A DNA stretch of 63,921 nucleotides, filler included, from Rhabdomonas costata (GCA_019059605.1; 58 parts of 58 records of this genome joined end to end with filler, not necessarily neighbours in it); one strand, 5' to 3'. Positions 1 through 12,030 are shown, counted from the first letter of the whole stretch. Numbers and translations: made by a program. The notes: generated by a model from the sequence alone, not told the origin.

Positions 1-5
1 GTGGG

Positions 6-77
6 TGGGGAAGAAGGTTATGGACTGTTCCACGATAGCGCCTCCTATTGTGGAACAGTCCATAACCTTCTTCCCCA
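6..77. repeat. Contig-terminal inverted repeat, 28-bp arms (6-33 / 50-77)
   Basis: TGGGGAAGAAGGTTATGGACTGTTCCAC is followed 16 nt later by its exact reverse complement. Confidence 0.9.
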
Positions 78-1005
78 GCCCCAGCGAGCAGACTATGAAC
101 AGGCTTAGAACGCCTCAAGCCGAGAAAAAGAAGAGCCGGGGGGGGGGTCAGGTTCCAAAATTTCATGAAAAAAATACTTACCAATTCTTAAATTCTTTTT
201 TTATTAAAACCTTGTCCTGTACATTGAGAAGTAGGTCCTCATCACCGGAGTTCAGGAGTATTCTTAAATTCTAAAAAAAAAAATACCGGGGAGAGGGCGC
301 GTTGCACTTTTTTTTATTATGTGCCGCAGCGCCAGGATGGAACTGCCCCCACTTCAGGTGCTGGCATGGGTGTGGGTGGTTGAAAACGAGCAAAATAACC
401 ATTAAACACTGGACACGGACGGTAAGTGAACAGATCGGAACTGAAGTGGTCAAACAGGAGCGCGCTCAAAACAAAGTGTGAAATTACCTTCACCGACCCA
501 GCTTTTTGCGAAATTCACTGAAGGGGCCGTTAAACAACCCGGCTTCCGATTTTCCGGTTTTTAAAAACAAAGAATTCATTCTTATAAGATTTTCTTAAAT
601 TTTTCATAAATTTCACAGTTTCAAGGTTGCCGTGACCATGTTTTCATAATCTTTTTAGCTTCAAATTTCACTGAAACAGGTGGAAAATTTCATGGCTAGG
701 AATCTAAGGGCGGATTGAATGCTTACCCCTCAGCCTGCTCGTAAAATTCTGCATATTCTGGCAAAAGAGTGAACCTTCACATTCCAGTTCCCCTTTAATA
801 AGGTTCGGCTTCACCCTTCGCTATTTTATAAGGTTTCCTTGAGAAATCCACGAACGCCGGGGGACGCTTCACTCGAAAAAAGGTCATGCCACGTCCGTGG
901 ATCGACAGCCTCGGTGCTGAGCCTGAAGAGTCTCATAGCGAAACACCCCGACGACGCCTGAAAACATGTCAAAGAAGAAAACCTCAGAAAGACTTACCAC
1001 AAAAA

Positions 1006-1105
1006 NNNNNNNNNNNNNNNNNNNNNNNNNNNNNNNNNNNNNNNNNNNNTTAATTAATTAANNNNNNNNNNNNNNNNNNNNNNNNNNNNNNNNNNNNNNN
1101 NNNNN
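1006..1105. other. Artificial contig spacer (44 N + TTAATTAATTAA + 44 N); first of 57 identical spacers
   Basis: The same 100-nt block recurs about every 1,104 nt. The 12-mer places stops in all six frames. Confidence 0.98.
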
Positions 1106-2110
1106 CGCTTCACTCCAAACACACTCCTTCTTCTTCTTCATTAGGTCCGTCAGTGGGGCTGCCACTGTGGCGTAATCTTCCACGAATCTCTGGTAAAACC
1201 CACACAACCCAAGAAAACTCTTCACCTCTGTACGGTTCCGCAACTGCGGCCATTTATATACGGCCATTAACTTCCTCGGCTGGGGTCTAATCCCATTTCT
1301 CCCCACAATAAATCCACAATACTCGACTTCTGGCTGTGCAAACATGCACTTCTCTGGATTTGCAAAAAGCTTCTCTTTATCCAACCTCTGGTACAACACC
1401 CGCAAAGCTTCTACATGGGCTTCCAAGGTCTCCGTATGGACGAGAATGTCGTCCACGTACGCACCTGTAGTCTCTCGCAGATCCTCAAGAACGAAGTCCA
1501 TGGTTCTCTGGAACGTGGATGGGGCATTGCACAACCCAAAGGGCATGACTCTGAATTGGAACGAACCGTACTTTGTCTTGAATGCAGTCCTCTCCACATG
1601 CTCTGGATGAATGCGGATATGATGGAATCCTGCATGCAAATCTAGTTTGGAAAACCACTTCGCCTTTCCAGCGTGATCAATCATCTCGTCAATTCGTGGT
1701 AAAGTGTACGCATCTGTAACAGTAATCGCATTCAACGGTCTGTAATCCACGCACAGCCGCAACTTACCGTTGGCATTTGGAACGAACAGCACCCCTGCGC
1801 CATAAGGTGAGGTTGCTGGCTCTATAAAACCAAGCTCCTGTAGACTCTTCAGCTGCTTCCGCAATTCTTCATCTTCCGCCGGGGACATTCGGTACAGCCT
1901 CTGGGCTGGTACCTTACTTTCCGGCTTCAAATCAATCCTGTGGTCCGTCCTCCTCGAAGGTGGTAACCCTCCGGGAACTGACGCTGGAAAGATGCGCGCA
2001 AATTCTTGGTTTAACTTCTCGATCTCTGGAGGTGTTGGTAACACCGCACAAGGGTGGCCACAAATGCTGTGGTCCACCTCCTTAATTAACTTCTATACTT
2101 CCTTCCTGGG
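1106..2110 (-). mobile_element. Ty3/Gypsy LTR retrotransposon pol fragment (reverse transcriptase and start of connection/RNase H), mildly degenerate
   Basis: Motifs GLPPSRRTDHRIDL, SPYGAGVLFV, LRLCVDYRPLN, FSKLDL, TAFKTKYGSFQFRVMPFGLCNAPSTFQR, catalytic YVDD and VKSFLGLCGFYQRFV. There is an in-frame TAG at 2095-2093 upstream. Confidence 0.95.
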
Positions 2111-2219
2111 NNNNNNNNNNNNNNNNNNNNNNNNNNNNNNNNNNNNNNNNNNNNTTAATTAATTAANNNNNNNNNNNNNNNNNNNNNNNNNNNNNNNNNN
2201 NNNNNNNNNNGTGGTTGGG

Positions 2220-2350
2220 GAGCGCTTTGCGTGCTTGTACGCTTGCGTTCTTGCGTTCTTGCAGGAGCTTCCCGAGCAGCGCTCCGCACCAAGCTCGGGA
2301 AGCTCCTGCAAGAACGCAAGAACGCAAGCGTACAAGCACGCAAAGCGCTC
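2220..2350. repeat. Contig-terminal inverted repeat, 58-bp arms (2220-2277 / 2293-2350)
   Basis: Perfect reverse-complement arms around a 15-nt loop. Confidence 0.9.
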
Positions 2351-3649
2351 GCCAGCCACCCCTCGGCACCCGGGTAGCCTCTCTTGAAGTCCTTAAGGTG
2401 CTCAGGTCTGCCGACATGTTTGGGATACCCCTTTTCCTCACATATGTTGGGCCCCGCTGACTTTCTGCTGAAATCCACTAGGCGCCTCTTTGGAGTGCGA
2501 GTGGAGTGCGAGTGGAGAACGAAAACACACACACATACACTTCTGGCTCAGGGACACAAGTTCTCGTTGTCCTCTTTGATGCAGGAACACAAGGTACAAG
2601 CTGATCAGGGTGCATTCTTCTTTTATGGTCACTTTGTATCCTGTGAATTGCCAGCGAGGACACCGATACACACTTGCAAACCCTCTCACCCAAGCCTCAC
2701 TATAAGTCACCCACGACCAGCGAAGGAGGTAACTGTGTCGTAAGGATGAGACAAGCAAAACCTGGGCCAGCGCTTGCAGCATAAAGGCCGCGCTAAGCCA
2801 GTCCCGCACAACCTCGTAGCCCTCGGGGCGTAACATCTGCGCAGGGTGCACCTTTGCCTCTGCTAGCGTGGCGAGAGCTAAAAAAAAAAAGAAAAGAAAG
2901 AAAATCCAAAATAAAGATCTGCAGCAACAAATGCAATACTTCCGGAAAAGGGGGTGCGTCGCATTGTACATTGCGATGAAGAATAGGTTCAAAAACAAGG
3001 AAACATGGAAAAGAAAGGCGAGGAAAGCGGCGACTGCAGGCCACAGCTCCATCGAAAGGCTGAAGCAACAGAAAGCCTGGCTTTCTTTTCAACTTCTGGC
3101 TCTAGTTGCCATGAAACAGGATGCGACGTATCGGTATCCTCCCTCGTTCTTCAGCAGCTCATGGCAAAAGGCCCACAACGAACCAAACGTCTAAATTCTG
3201 TCCACACCCCCACCNNNNNNNNNNNNNNNNNNNNNNNNNNNNNNNNNNNNNNNNNNNNTTAATTAATTAANNNNNNNNNNNNNNNNNNNNNNNNNNNNNN
3301 NNNNNNNNNNNNNNGGTTTGTGGGTGTCCAGTATTGTGTGACTTTCACACGCACACGCACACATGACAAGGATGAATTTTTTCTGGGGAGGACTCGAGGC
3401 CATCACACCCTTGTCGGCCCAGGTACCTTGTCCCGCTGTCTTGTCACGTAGGGTTGGCTTACCCAATGTGACTCCCAATCCACAGTGTACGCGAGGGCTT
3501 GGGAACCCCCATTGGTGCGTTTAGAGAGCTCTTGGCGCTCGTACACTTCCCCTTGAGCCCTACTGCCTTGTGGGTTTGGGTCCTCCATCCCACTCTGGGC
3601 TTGGACCCGATTTCCTGGTACCGGCTTGTTTACCTTACTCTATCCCTGC

Positions 3650-4280
3650 TGCCAACTGGACCTCACTTCTCTCCAGTCCTTGCCCGGGCATCCCTTCGTG
3701 CCTTGTGGGCCCTACGTATTGCTACCCCACTCCCTCTCTGGTCTCCCACTTCTCGCTGCCATTCTCCCCTTCTCTCGTGCTGAACCGGGCTCTGTCCCAC
3801 CGCTGGCTTTCCGCTCCTCCCTGCCACTCGCCACTTCTTGGGGGCTCGTTTTCTCAGCTGATCCAGCCTGCCCTAACTCCGGGATCTGTGGTTCTCTCCA
3901 TCTCGCGCCCTACCGTCCATTCTAACCTTTTCTCTGCATCCGGCCCGTTGTGCAACGTCCCTTGCCAGAGCCCACCCGACCTCAAGCTCTTCTGTCCAGT
4001 CAGCCCATCTCTGAACATGCGTCTCAGCCTCGATGCTTGCCCCGAACAACTCTCAACAGACCGCCGAGTTGTATGGCATTTTCTGCTGTCTGCGTCAGGC
4101 AGCTCTCTCAGGTCTTTCCCACGTTTGTGTTGTGGGTGACAACTCGGCGGCGTACCATACGGTGCGAACAGGAAAAGCCTCAGGCGTGTATGGGCACGTG
4201 TGCGCCTTCTCCGCCGCATTAACCGGCTCTGCCTCGCGCATGGCCTCCAAGTGCAGCTTGCTCTCACCCCCTCCGCCCAC
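3650..4280 (-). mobile_element. Possible decayed non-LTR (RTE-like) retrotransposon, region C-terminal to RT
   Basis: One minus frame reads VRTVWYAAELSPTTQTWERPERAA*RR ... KKWRVAGR ... RRGEWQREV with several stops. This resembles the LINE consensus LxYGxExW..RRL...KWRWAGH..RW. Confidence 0.3.
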
Positions 4281-5520
4281 AACCCCGCAGACCCTTTCTC
4301 CCGCTATTCCACCAACNNNNNNNNNNNNNNNNNNNNNNNNNNNNNNNNNNNNNNNNNNNNTTAATTAATTAANNNNNNNNNNNNNNNNNNNNNNNNNNNN
4401 NNNNNNNNNNNNNNNNTGTGTTGGGGGCGCCGAAGGCCGCAGATGGGTTGAAAGGGGAAGCGATACAGGAGAAGAGAAAGGGTAATCGAAAACGTCCGTT
4501 CCAGTCCCAAGATCTACGACCGTATTACGCACGCATAACAAATAGACCTCTAGCACACGAGATTCAAGTTGTGGTCCCCCCTTCTTCCCCTTCTTTCTAA
4601 ATCGCGAGGCAAGGCCAGGTAGATACGTTACCCGTAATGGTGATCCGCCACGTCAACGAGCTCAGACTTGAACGTGCTGGTGAGAAATTGTGCGGTCTCG
4701 CTCTGCTCCTGAATCATTGCTGCGAGAAAGACACGGTACTCAGGAGACCACTTCATCTATCACCTCGCATAGGAAGTAGATGTCGCAGACAAATACACAA
4801 GATGTGTCTCATAATGCATTGCACAGACTGGAATTTAAAACCCAGTCCAGCAAAATCAGAGACCTCCATCCAGATGTACAAGCTCAGAGGCAATTCATAA
4901 CCGCCCTCAAAGCAGCCTGAAAGCATACAAGCAGAGCATCAACTGCTTTTTAGATTAGCATCATGGGGTGATAATAACAGCCGTTGTAAGAAGGCCTGGG
5001 GCCTTTTAATAACCAACACACCTCCCGAGAGGCACCCTCAGCCCGGGGTGTGTTCCCAGCGTTCCTGTGCCTCTTCCTACCTCATCCAGCAGAGAGTTTC
5101 TATACGGCATCCACAACATGCACGCCCAGTCCAAGCTCCATGACCCCCTCTTCATGAAGGGAACCCATAATGGATCTGGAAATTCACCTTTACTGAAAGT
5201 TTTCATAATGCTGCGCACTGAGTTACCAGGGTGTAGAAAGAAATCAGCGGTTCAGCAAGCCATGACCATTGGTAACAGAAAATTAGAGGGGGTTGTGGTC
5301 GCAATGAGTGGAGGCGATCAAACCACGTTAAACCAGTGCCCTTGATTGTCTACAACAAGTGAGAGCGATGAAGACAATCACTTTTTTAGATGGGGGAAGA
5401 GGAATAATTGCCCAGCTACANNNNNNNNNNNNNNNNNNNNNNNNNNNNNNNNNNNNNNNNNNNNTTAATTAATTAANNNNNNNNNNNNNNNNNNNNNNNN
5501 NNNNNNNNNNNNNNNNNNNN

Positions 5521-5850
5521 CGCAAAGGCGAGGTCTCCCAAGACAACCCAGGAGAGCAGTGTGCGAGGGGCGGTGCGGTGTTTAGGCTGAGAATAGTACT
5601 TTCCCACGACAGCCATCTTAATGGCGGCGCCAACCGGGAGGACCATCCTCAGCTCCTCAGGATACGGCCCCACCAGCGCGTACGCCACCCCCAGAAAGAA
5701 CACCAGGATGCGGAGGGGAAGGTTGGTGTTGTCGTCGGTGCCCTTGGTGACTGTGTTCCAGCCAAAGGTGGAAATGACGAAGTTCCACAGCCCAGCCGCT
5801 CCCCAGAAGCAGAGCTCCCCTACTTCAGAAGACGACTTTCCGCCCGCCAT
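5521..5850 (-). CDS. Small multi-pass membrane protein, intronless, 3' truncated
   Basis: MAGGKSSSEVGELCFWGAAGLWNFVIS...LRILVFFLGVAYALVG...VLPVGAAIKMAVV...VVLGDLAFA: four hydrophobic segments with GC-rich codons. Confidence 0.6.
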
Positions 5851-6075
5851 ATGATGGGGCAAAAAAAACTAGACAGCAGACCTGGGTAACAGGCAGGACA
5901 ACTGCTCAAAGGCCCGAACGTTTTAGTAGTCAACCGGAAACAACAAGAGACTTTCAGGCCATCACACTCACCTCAAGTTAAAAGAAGGTTGATTGCTGGT
6001 AGTGGATTTTCAAGGAGCTGCAGCAACTGCCAGAGGATATAGGTCACCAGATGAATTGAGTACTCAGCCGTTTGA

Positions 6076-6153
6076 GGCTCAAGCCATGCACCACGCATCT
6101 TTCAAATCCTAGGGGGCTCAAGCAATGCACCACGCATCTTTCAAATCCTAGGG
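6076..6153. repeat. 39-bp tandem duplication
   Basis: GGCTCAAGC(C/A)ATGCACCACGCATCTTTCAAATCCTAGGG twice, one mismatch. Confidence 0.9.
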
Positions 6154-6786
6154 ACATACACATTGATGAATAGAACCACTTCACCGCCTTTGGGAACATA
6201 CACGGCAAGGAGAAAGGTCACGGTTTCTCCTGGAAAGGCTGCAGATTTATCGCTGCGTTGCAGCGTTTCGAGATTACCACATCACCAGACGAAACTGCCA
6301 AGATGACAGCCCTTCCCCAATCTCCTCGTGATTCCGTGGTTCCCCCAGAACCGCACGCAACACAGGACCTTAGATCTTCCAAACCGCCAAAACCAAACGT
6401 CACAGTGGATTTCTTTATATGCATCTTCATCGGCACAGCGACACAGAAATGTGAACGGCCGGAAGGGGTGGAAAGGATTCAAATTTTTTGGGCATCAGAC
6501 TTGGGCACAAAGTGAACCACCCACNNNNNNNNNNNNNNNNNNNNNNNNNNNNNNNNNNNNNNNNNNNNTTAATTAATTAANNNNNNNNNNNNNNNNNNNN
6601 NNNNNNNNNNNNNNNNNNNNNNNNTGTGGTGGGTGATTATTCAAAAGCCCCTGGTGACGGAAAAGACCTCCACCAATGACTTGTGCACGTTGTGTGCGTG
6701 CGGATACACTGTCTCAGTGCCTGCTTCCTACTTTTCTTCTTTGAGGTTTTCTGAGCTATTTTCAACTTCGCTGCCGCTCCTCACAG

Positions 6787-7628
6787 CCTGCAATCTGGCG
6801 GCCCTCTCTGGCGGCCTCAATCATGGAGGAGGAGTGGGAAGGGACCACTCGGCTGGTGGTGCACTCGGTAGCTCCTGGCGGGCCAGCCGCCGCGTCTGGG
6901 CTGCAGCGCGGGGATGCCCTGAAGAAGTGTAACGGGCATGACTTGCTCACCGGTGTGGCGCGTTTTCTTTGGTGGCTCTGGTCAGGCGTGGTGTCCGTAC
7001 AGTTGCTGCGGAAGTACGGTTCATTACATCGTGTAATATTGCCCTGGGGTGAATCTTATTGTAGCTTTGTTGTGGCGGGGACAGATGATAACACGAACAC
7101 GAGCACGTGTCCAAACCCGCCCCCATTGGAAGGTTGGAGATTGGAATGGCTTCTCGCTTTTTCTTGCTGGCGTGGTGGTCTGTCCGGACTTGTCTTGTGT
7201 GTGTGACCACAGCTTCGGATCTTCAGCGGATGCTTCTCACCCTAAAGAAGGACGAGGCCGTTTCTTTGACCGCCATAAGAGGTGCTTTCATCCCTTCCTT
7301 TTTGTGCAATTTTGCGCGTCGACCGGGCTGTTGTAGCAGAGCGGCAAAAAAATGAATTCAAGTTTTTGCTGTCATACCGGCTTCGGGCCAGGCAGGAACA
7401 AGGACAAGGTAGAACTGATCATGTCTTTTGTGGCCTTGAATCACGTCCAATAACACATCCCAGGAGGAACTCATCTCCGTCAGCACCACCACACTCTTTC
7501 GCGGTGCCGTGGCTCCTCAGGTGGGGAGGACATGACCCTGACCGTCCAGCCAACCTACCTTCCCGTGCCCCCGCCTCGCTCCCCCGCTCCCCAGTCTACC
7601 CCCACTTCCACCGCTCTGAAAACACACC
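6787..7628 (+). CDS. PDZ-domain protein, three exons (6787-6952, 7213-7281, 7521->7628)
   Basis: GT-AG splicing with consistent phases gives LVVHSVAPGGPAAASGLQRGDALKKCNG..ASDLQRMLLTLKKDEAVSLTAIRGGEDMTLTVQP, an HtrA/C-terminal protease-type PDZ pattern. Confidence 0.8.
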
Positions 7629-7816
7629 NNNNNNNNNNNNNNNNNNNNNNNNNNNNNNNNNNNNNNNNNNNNTTAATTAATTAANNNNNNNNNNNNNNNN
7701 NNNNNNNNNNNNNNNNNNNNNNNNNNNNGGTTGGTTTGCTCGCTGGGTACCCAGTAAGCAAAGCATCACAGCATCAGCAATCTCCCACATAGAAATGCAC
7801 AGACCCACGCTCACAC

Positions 7817-7954
7817 CTTTGCCTGCTGAAGGTCCTCGGCCATCTTCTGCAGCCTTCGGAGCAGCTGCTGGCCCATCTCTGCGGACGCACACAGCTCCTG
7901 CTCCCTGAGCTCCAACGCGCGCTTCAGCTCATTAGCGGCCTCCACTTCTCCCAT
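7817..7954 (-). CDS. First exon of a coiled-coil protein with a CC1-box-like motif
   Basis: ATG at 7954; MGEVEAANELKRALELREQELCASAEMGQQLLRRLQKMAEDLQQAK, then donor GTGTGA. Confidence 0.55.
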
Positions 7955-8884
7955 TCTCTCACAGGAGTATTCTTTACGCACGCGCGCGCGAAACACACAC
8001 ACACACCTTCTCACACGGATTCTCAAAACAGGGAAAGGGAAAGGGCGACAAACCGCACCCCCCACCCCAACACACGACACAACGAAAGCTCGGTGAAGCT
8101 GACCCCCTCAAAACAGAGGAGGTTTTGTGGTAACCAAACGAAGGGCAATGATTCGGTGTCCCGTTAGCCGTTACAGAAGTAACACTCATCTGATGCAGGC
8201 TAAGCTAACATCACCCCCGCCCCAAAAGTGTGCATGCACCAATCTAAAAAATGCTTTAAAAAAACAGACTCTGAAAATTTTTTATAAATGGGTTCATGAG
8301 ATATAAAACAGCGAAAAGCCCCAGCAAAAGTAAACCCGACTACAGGTAACGAGACAGCTTGCAAACACCCGCAGACACCGTGACTCATGCACAGCCTATT
8401 AGTAACAAAGGGCAGCACTCCGTCGAGCTGCACATCAGGAAGTATGGGCGGCTTCATGACTCATCAAATGGGAGGCACAGCGGATCGCTCTGTTGCGGGT
8501 GGGACAGCAAAAGATAGTGCTCCAAAACCGAAAACAACGATGACAGCTTTTTGTACCACAAAACATGAAACAGAAGAAAAGGGCAGTTGTCAACTCCAGT
8601 TGGCGATCGCGGCCTCCCGAATTTGAGTTCCCAAAAACGCTGCAAGGAAACTTTCCACCAAATAAAACGCAGCACTAGAGAGCGTAGCAGTTGTCCCAGT
8701 CCATGCTGGAAAGTAATAACAACAACCCNNNNNNNNNNNNNNNNNNNNNNNNNNNNNNNNNNNNNNNNNNNNTTAATTAATTAANNNNNNNNNNNNNNNN
8801 NNNNNNNNNNNNNNNNNNNNNNNNNNNNGGTTTTGGGCCGAGTAGTGTTGTTGAAGTGTGAGTCTGGGGGTGGGGGAATCGCAG

Positions 8885-9549
8885 GGGTTCCCATTATCAC
8901 GCTTCCCTTGGACAAAATGGCCTCCCGAGTGTGTGCGGGCCTTCTCAGCAGTTTGGGCCTTCCCGAGCTTATCTGTGAGACGGAGCAGGTGCGCCCTTGC
9001 TTGAGTTGCTGGGGTCACCTGAGCTCATGTAGAATTCACGAGCGACCTGTTTGTATTGAGAATCACGTACGAGGGTGCCGGAATTGCGTTCCCATATTCA
9101 GTTTAGCGTGGCGATACCGTTCCACCCCCTCAGATTCTTTTATAGGAATCCCAGGGGACACGTGCATCGCCCCCCCCCCACATATCCCGCGTTAAAGTGG
9201 TGTAGCGATCGACAAAATGAGTTGCATCGCAATACACAAAGTGAATAACGCCGCCAAACAAATGCGCATAACGGGGTGGGGGCGATTAATGCACTACAGC
9301 CTATATCCAGGTAGTTTATTTTCGAACTGCTTTGCGCGTATTGATTCCTCGCTTCACATTGTGTCTGTGTGGCGCGATCTCCAAACACTTCATCACTGCA
9401 TTCCCTTGTAGGCGTACGAGGACCTGGCCGTCTCGTTGGCCTCCTCGCCCGCCGGGCGTGCCCATCTGCAGGAGCTACGGAACAAGCTTCGCGGCAACCG
9501 CACCACGACCCCCCTGTTCAACACATCTCAGTGGGTCTCCGAGGTGGAG
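8885..9549 (+). CDS. OGT: O-GlcNAc transferase (GT41, SECRET AGENT/OGT type), C-terminal exons 8885-8988 and 9412-9549
   Basis: The spliced product GVPIITLPLDKMASRVCAGLLSSLGLPELICETEQ|AYEDLAVSLA...LRNKLRGNRTTTPLFNTSQWVSEVE matches the OGT/SEC C-terminus. The intron is GT-AG, phase 0. Confidence 0.88.
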
Positions 9550-11741
9550 GTGTGGACCAGCGGAGGGCCTCAGATTACCTTCGTTTTCAGAACACTTTTT
9601 GATGAGCTTGGCCAATGGTGCGAGACATATTGAGCAACTTACACGACCGGAAAATATGGCCATTTCAAAACGGAGAAGCGAAAAACTACACCTAATGTCA
9701 CAGGCACACCGGGAAAACATCGGCATGCCCCAGAAAGGGCACCCTGAATTTAGAAGCTTCCAGTGCACAAGAAACAATTAGGCAGGCATGGTTTTCAAAA
9801 GACTTTTTTGCTACCCCTGAACCCCCCCACCCNNNNNNNNNNNNNNNNNNNNNNNNNNNNNNNNNNNNNNNNNNNNTTAATTAATTAANNNNNNNNNNNN
9901 NNNNNNNNNNNNNNNNNNNNNNNNNNNNNNNNGGGGGGTGTGACAGTGAGGACAGTTCGCGGCTTTGCTGTGGGTATCGTCGGTGGTTGGTGGTGGGAAC
10001 CCCCTGTGAGGTTCTGAGGTTAGGTTAGCAAACATAAATTTTTTTGGAGTTTTTGAAGTTTCAAGTTCCGGCAGTGCGGGATATCCAAGGATGGTTTTGA
10101 TTCCAGAGCGTTATGAGCGGGTCAAATTCATTTCGAAACGTATCAGAACGCGAAAATGTGGTATGACACCAATCTCAACACCACCAGCAGTGCTTTCTCC
10201 GGAAACTACCCTTGTTTTCACACTCCTCTAAATTCCCACCAGGTCCCCAAGCTGCCTCATCCCGATGAGGATCCCTGCTGCCACCTGAGCAATTACAAGA
10301 TGACTCCCGTGGTGTGTAAGCGTTTCGTTACCGCCTGCATGTTCCCGCGTGCGGGCAGGTGAGCGGAACGCGTTCTCCACTGCACCGCAGAATCCCCACG
10401 TTCCGGATATTGGGAAACGATGAGTGACACAAATTTTTGTTGCTCTTTTGTAAATACTGCTTGCTTCTATGATGTCCCGATCTCTGGAAATGGGAGTGGT
10501 GTGAGGGTGGGTTGGGGGGTGAGACAAATAGCATCCCCCCCCCCCTTGGAGGAACAGGTGGGCAGTATAGATGTCATTTGCGTGTCAACTCGGTTGAGTC
10601 GTGCGGGTACTTCCATCTGTCATTTGTCGACTTCGAAGTGCGCGCACCGATCTCTCCTACATGTGAGGGCTGCCTGCATGCCTGCCAGGGTTTTTACGCC
10701 CGCTGCGTACTCGACGTGCGCGCAGGGATCCCCACGACGGCTGCACACGCGACGTTTACGCAGTGATTCGATATTTGGGGTGGAGACGTTTCCCGAAGCC
10801 CTGTTACCACCTTGCGCCCGGCCACCCCTGGAGTATGTTATGGTGTCGTATCAACTAGGAAGAACGTTTATCCAGTAAGGTGCCGCAGGTCTTATCTGTG
10901 CAGGGCGCCAGGGCACATTTATGCACCCCCCAACCCNNNNNNNNNNNNNNNNNNNNNNNNNNNNNNNNNNNNNNNNNNNNTTAATTAATTAANNNNNNNN
11001 NNNNNNNNNNNNNNNNNNNNNNNNNNNNNNNNNNNNTTGTTGGGTTGAACAGGAATGTTGTGCAGGGCTAGCAAGTTTTTGACAATCGTGAAGAAAAAAA
11101 GTTACAGAAAAACGCAAAAGAAACGCGAAAAAATGAAATGTTTTCTTTGGAATTTAAAAGAAGTTTGGCCTCCATTAGTGTGTGTGTGTGTGCCAATCCT
11201 TCTACACAAATCAGTGTGGGCCATGGGGTCGAAGTGGTCAAGAACTTTTCGTATCGTGTTTTTAGCCTCTCTGCACACGTTTGCTGCACAAAATACTGTT
11301 TTGGTGTAGGCACCACACTTACACTGTTCCGTGGTCTGGTACGGTGCCGTCGCGAAAACTCTCAGTTCATGGCGTTTCCACGCAACGAAAGTATTGCCCA
11401 GCAACGGCAACAGTGTTGGCCCCTGCAATGGACCTCCTTCTCCTATGAACCGTGTTGGAACCGCGGGGACAATAATGTACAGGGCTGCCCACCACTCTTT
11501 TTTATTTCTGATGTCGTTTTCCCCCCCTCGTTTTTATTTGTGATTGCATATTTTGCAAAAGTTTGGGAAAACAGTCAAAGCGTAAAAACCCTGGTGTGGA
11601 TCAGGTTCCCGACTATTAGCAGGATGACCTTTGCCCCAAAGAAAAGACGAAATTACTCTTTTTCCGAAGAACCTGGCTTCAGAACCGCGGAGGTGGGTGC
11701 TCGCCTGATTGATTCTCCTCACCGATGCGTCTCTTTTTCAG

Positions 11742-12030
11742 GCGGATTCCAACGTTACGATGAAAGATGGAGTTACTCCACTTCGCTGGACTTGCAAGAA
11801 CCGTGATATTGACACGGCGGAGCTGCTGCTGCATCACAAGGCCGACGTCAACCTAGCGAACAAAGTGGGGTCACGCCGCTTTACATTGCCTGCCAAAGGG
11901 GCCATCGCGAGACGGCGGAGCTTCTGCTACACCACAAGGCCGACATCAACCCGGCGAAGAATAATGGATGCACACCGCTTTTCGCTTCTTGCGACAATGG
12001 CCACCGCGAGATGGCGGAGCTGCTGCTGCA
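11742..12030 (+). pseudogene. Ankyrin-repeat exon (about 3 repeats) with a 1-nt frameshift near 11862-11866
   Basis: ADSNVTMKDGVTPLRWTCKNRDIDTAELLLHHKADVNLANK, then in a shifted frame GVTPLYIACQRGHRETAELLLHHKADINPAKNNGCTPLFASCDNGHREMAELLL. Confidence 0.75.

Noticed and set aside
1050..1061. Regularly spaced TTAATTAATTAA with unique ~1 kb spacers, superficially a CRISPR-like or nanochromosome pattern
   Set aside because: It is always embedded in exactly 44+44 N, so it is a synthetic six-frame-stop linker. The uniform contig size reflects length sorting of a fragmented assembly.
4417..5420. Possible non-canonical (non GT-AG) euglenid-type intron after REFLYGIHNMHAQSKLHDPLFMK
   Set aside because: Without a recognisable protein or transcript the exon end cannot be fixed, so a non-canonical border cannot be claimed.
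10244..10358. DPCCHLSNY as a tubulin-tyrosine-ligase-like HLTNY motif
   Set aside because: The exon is plausible, but the surrounding residues do not support TTLL and the next exon gives no consistent frame.
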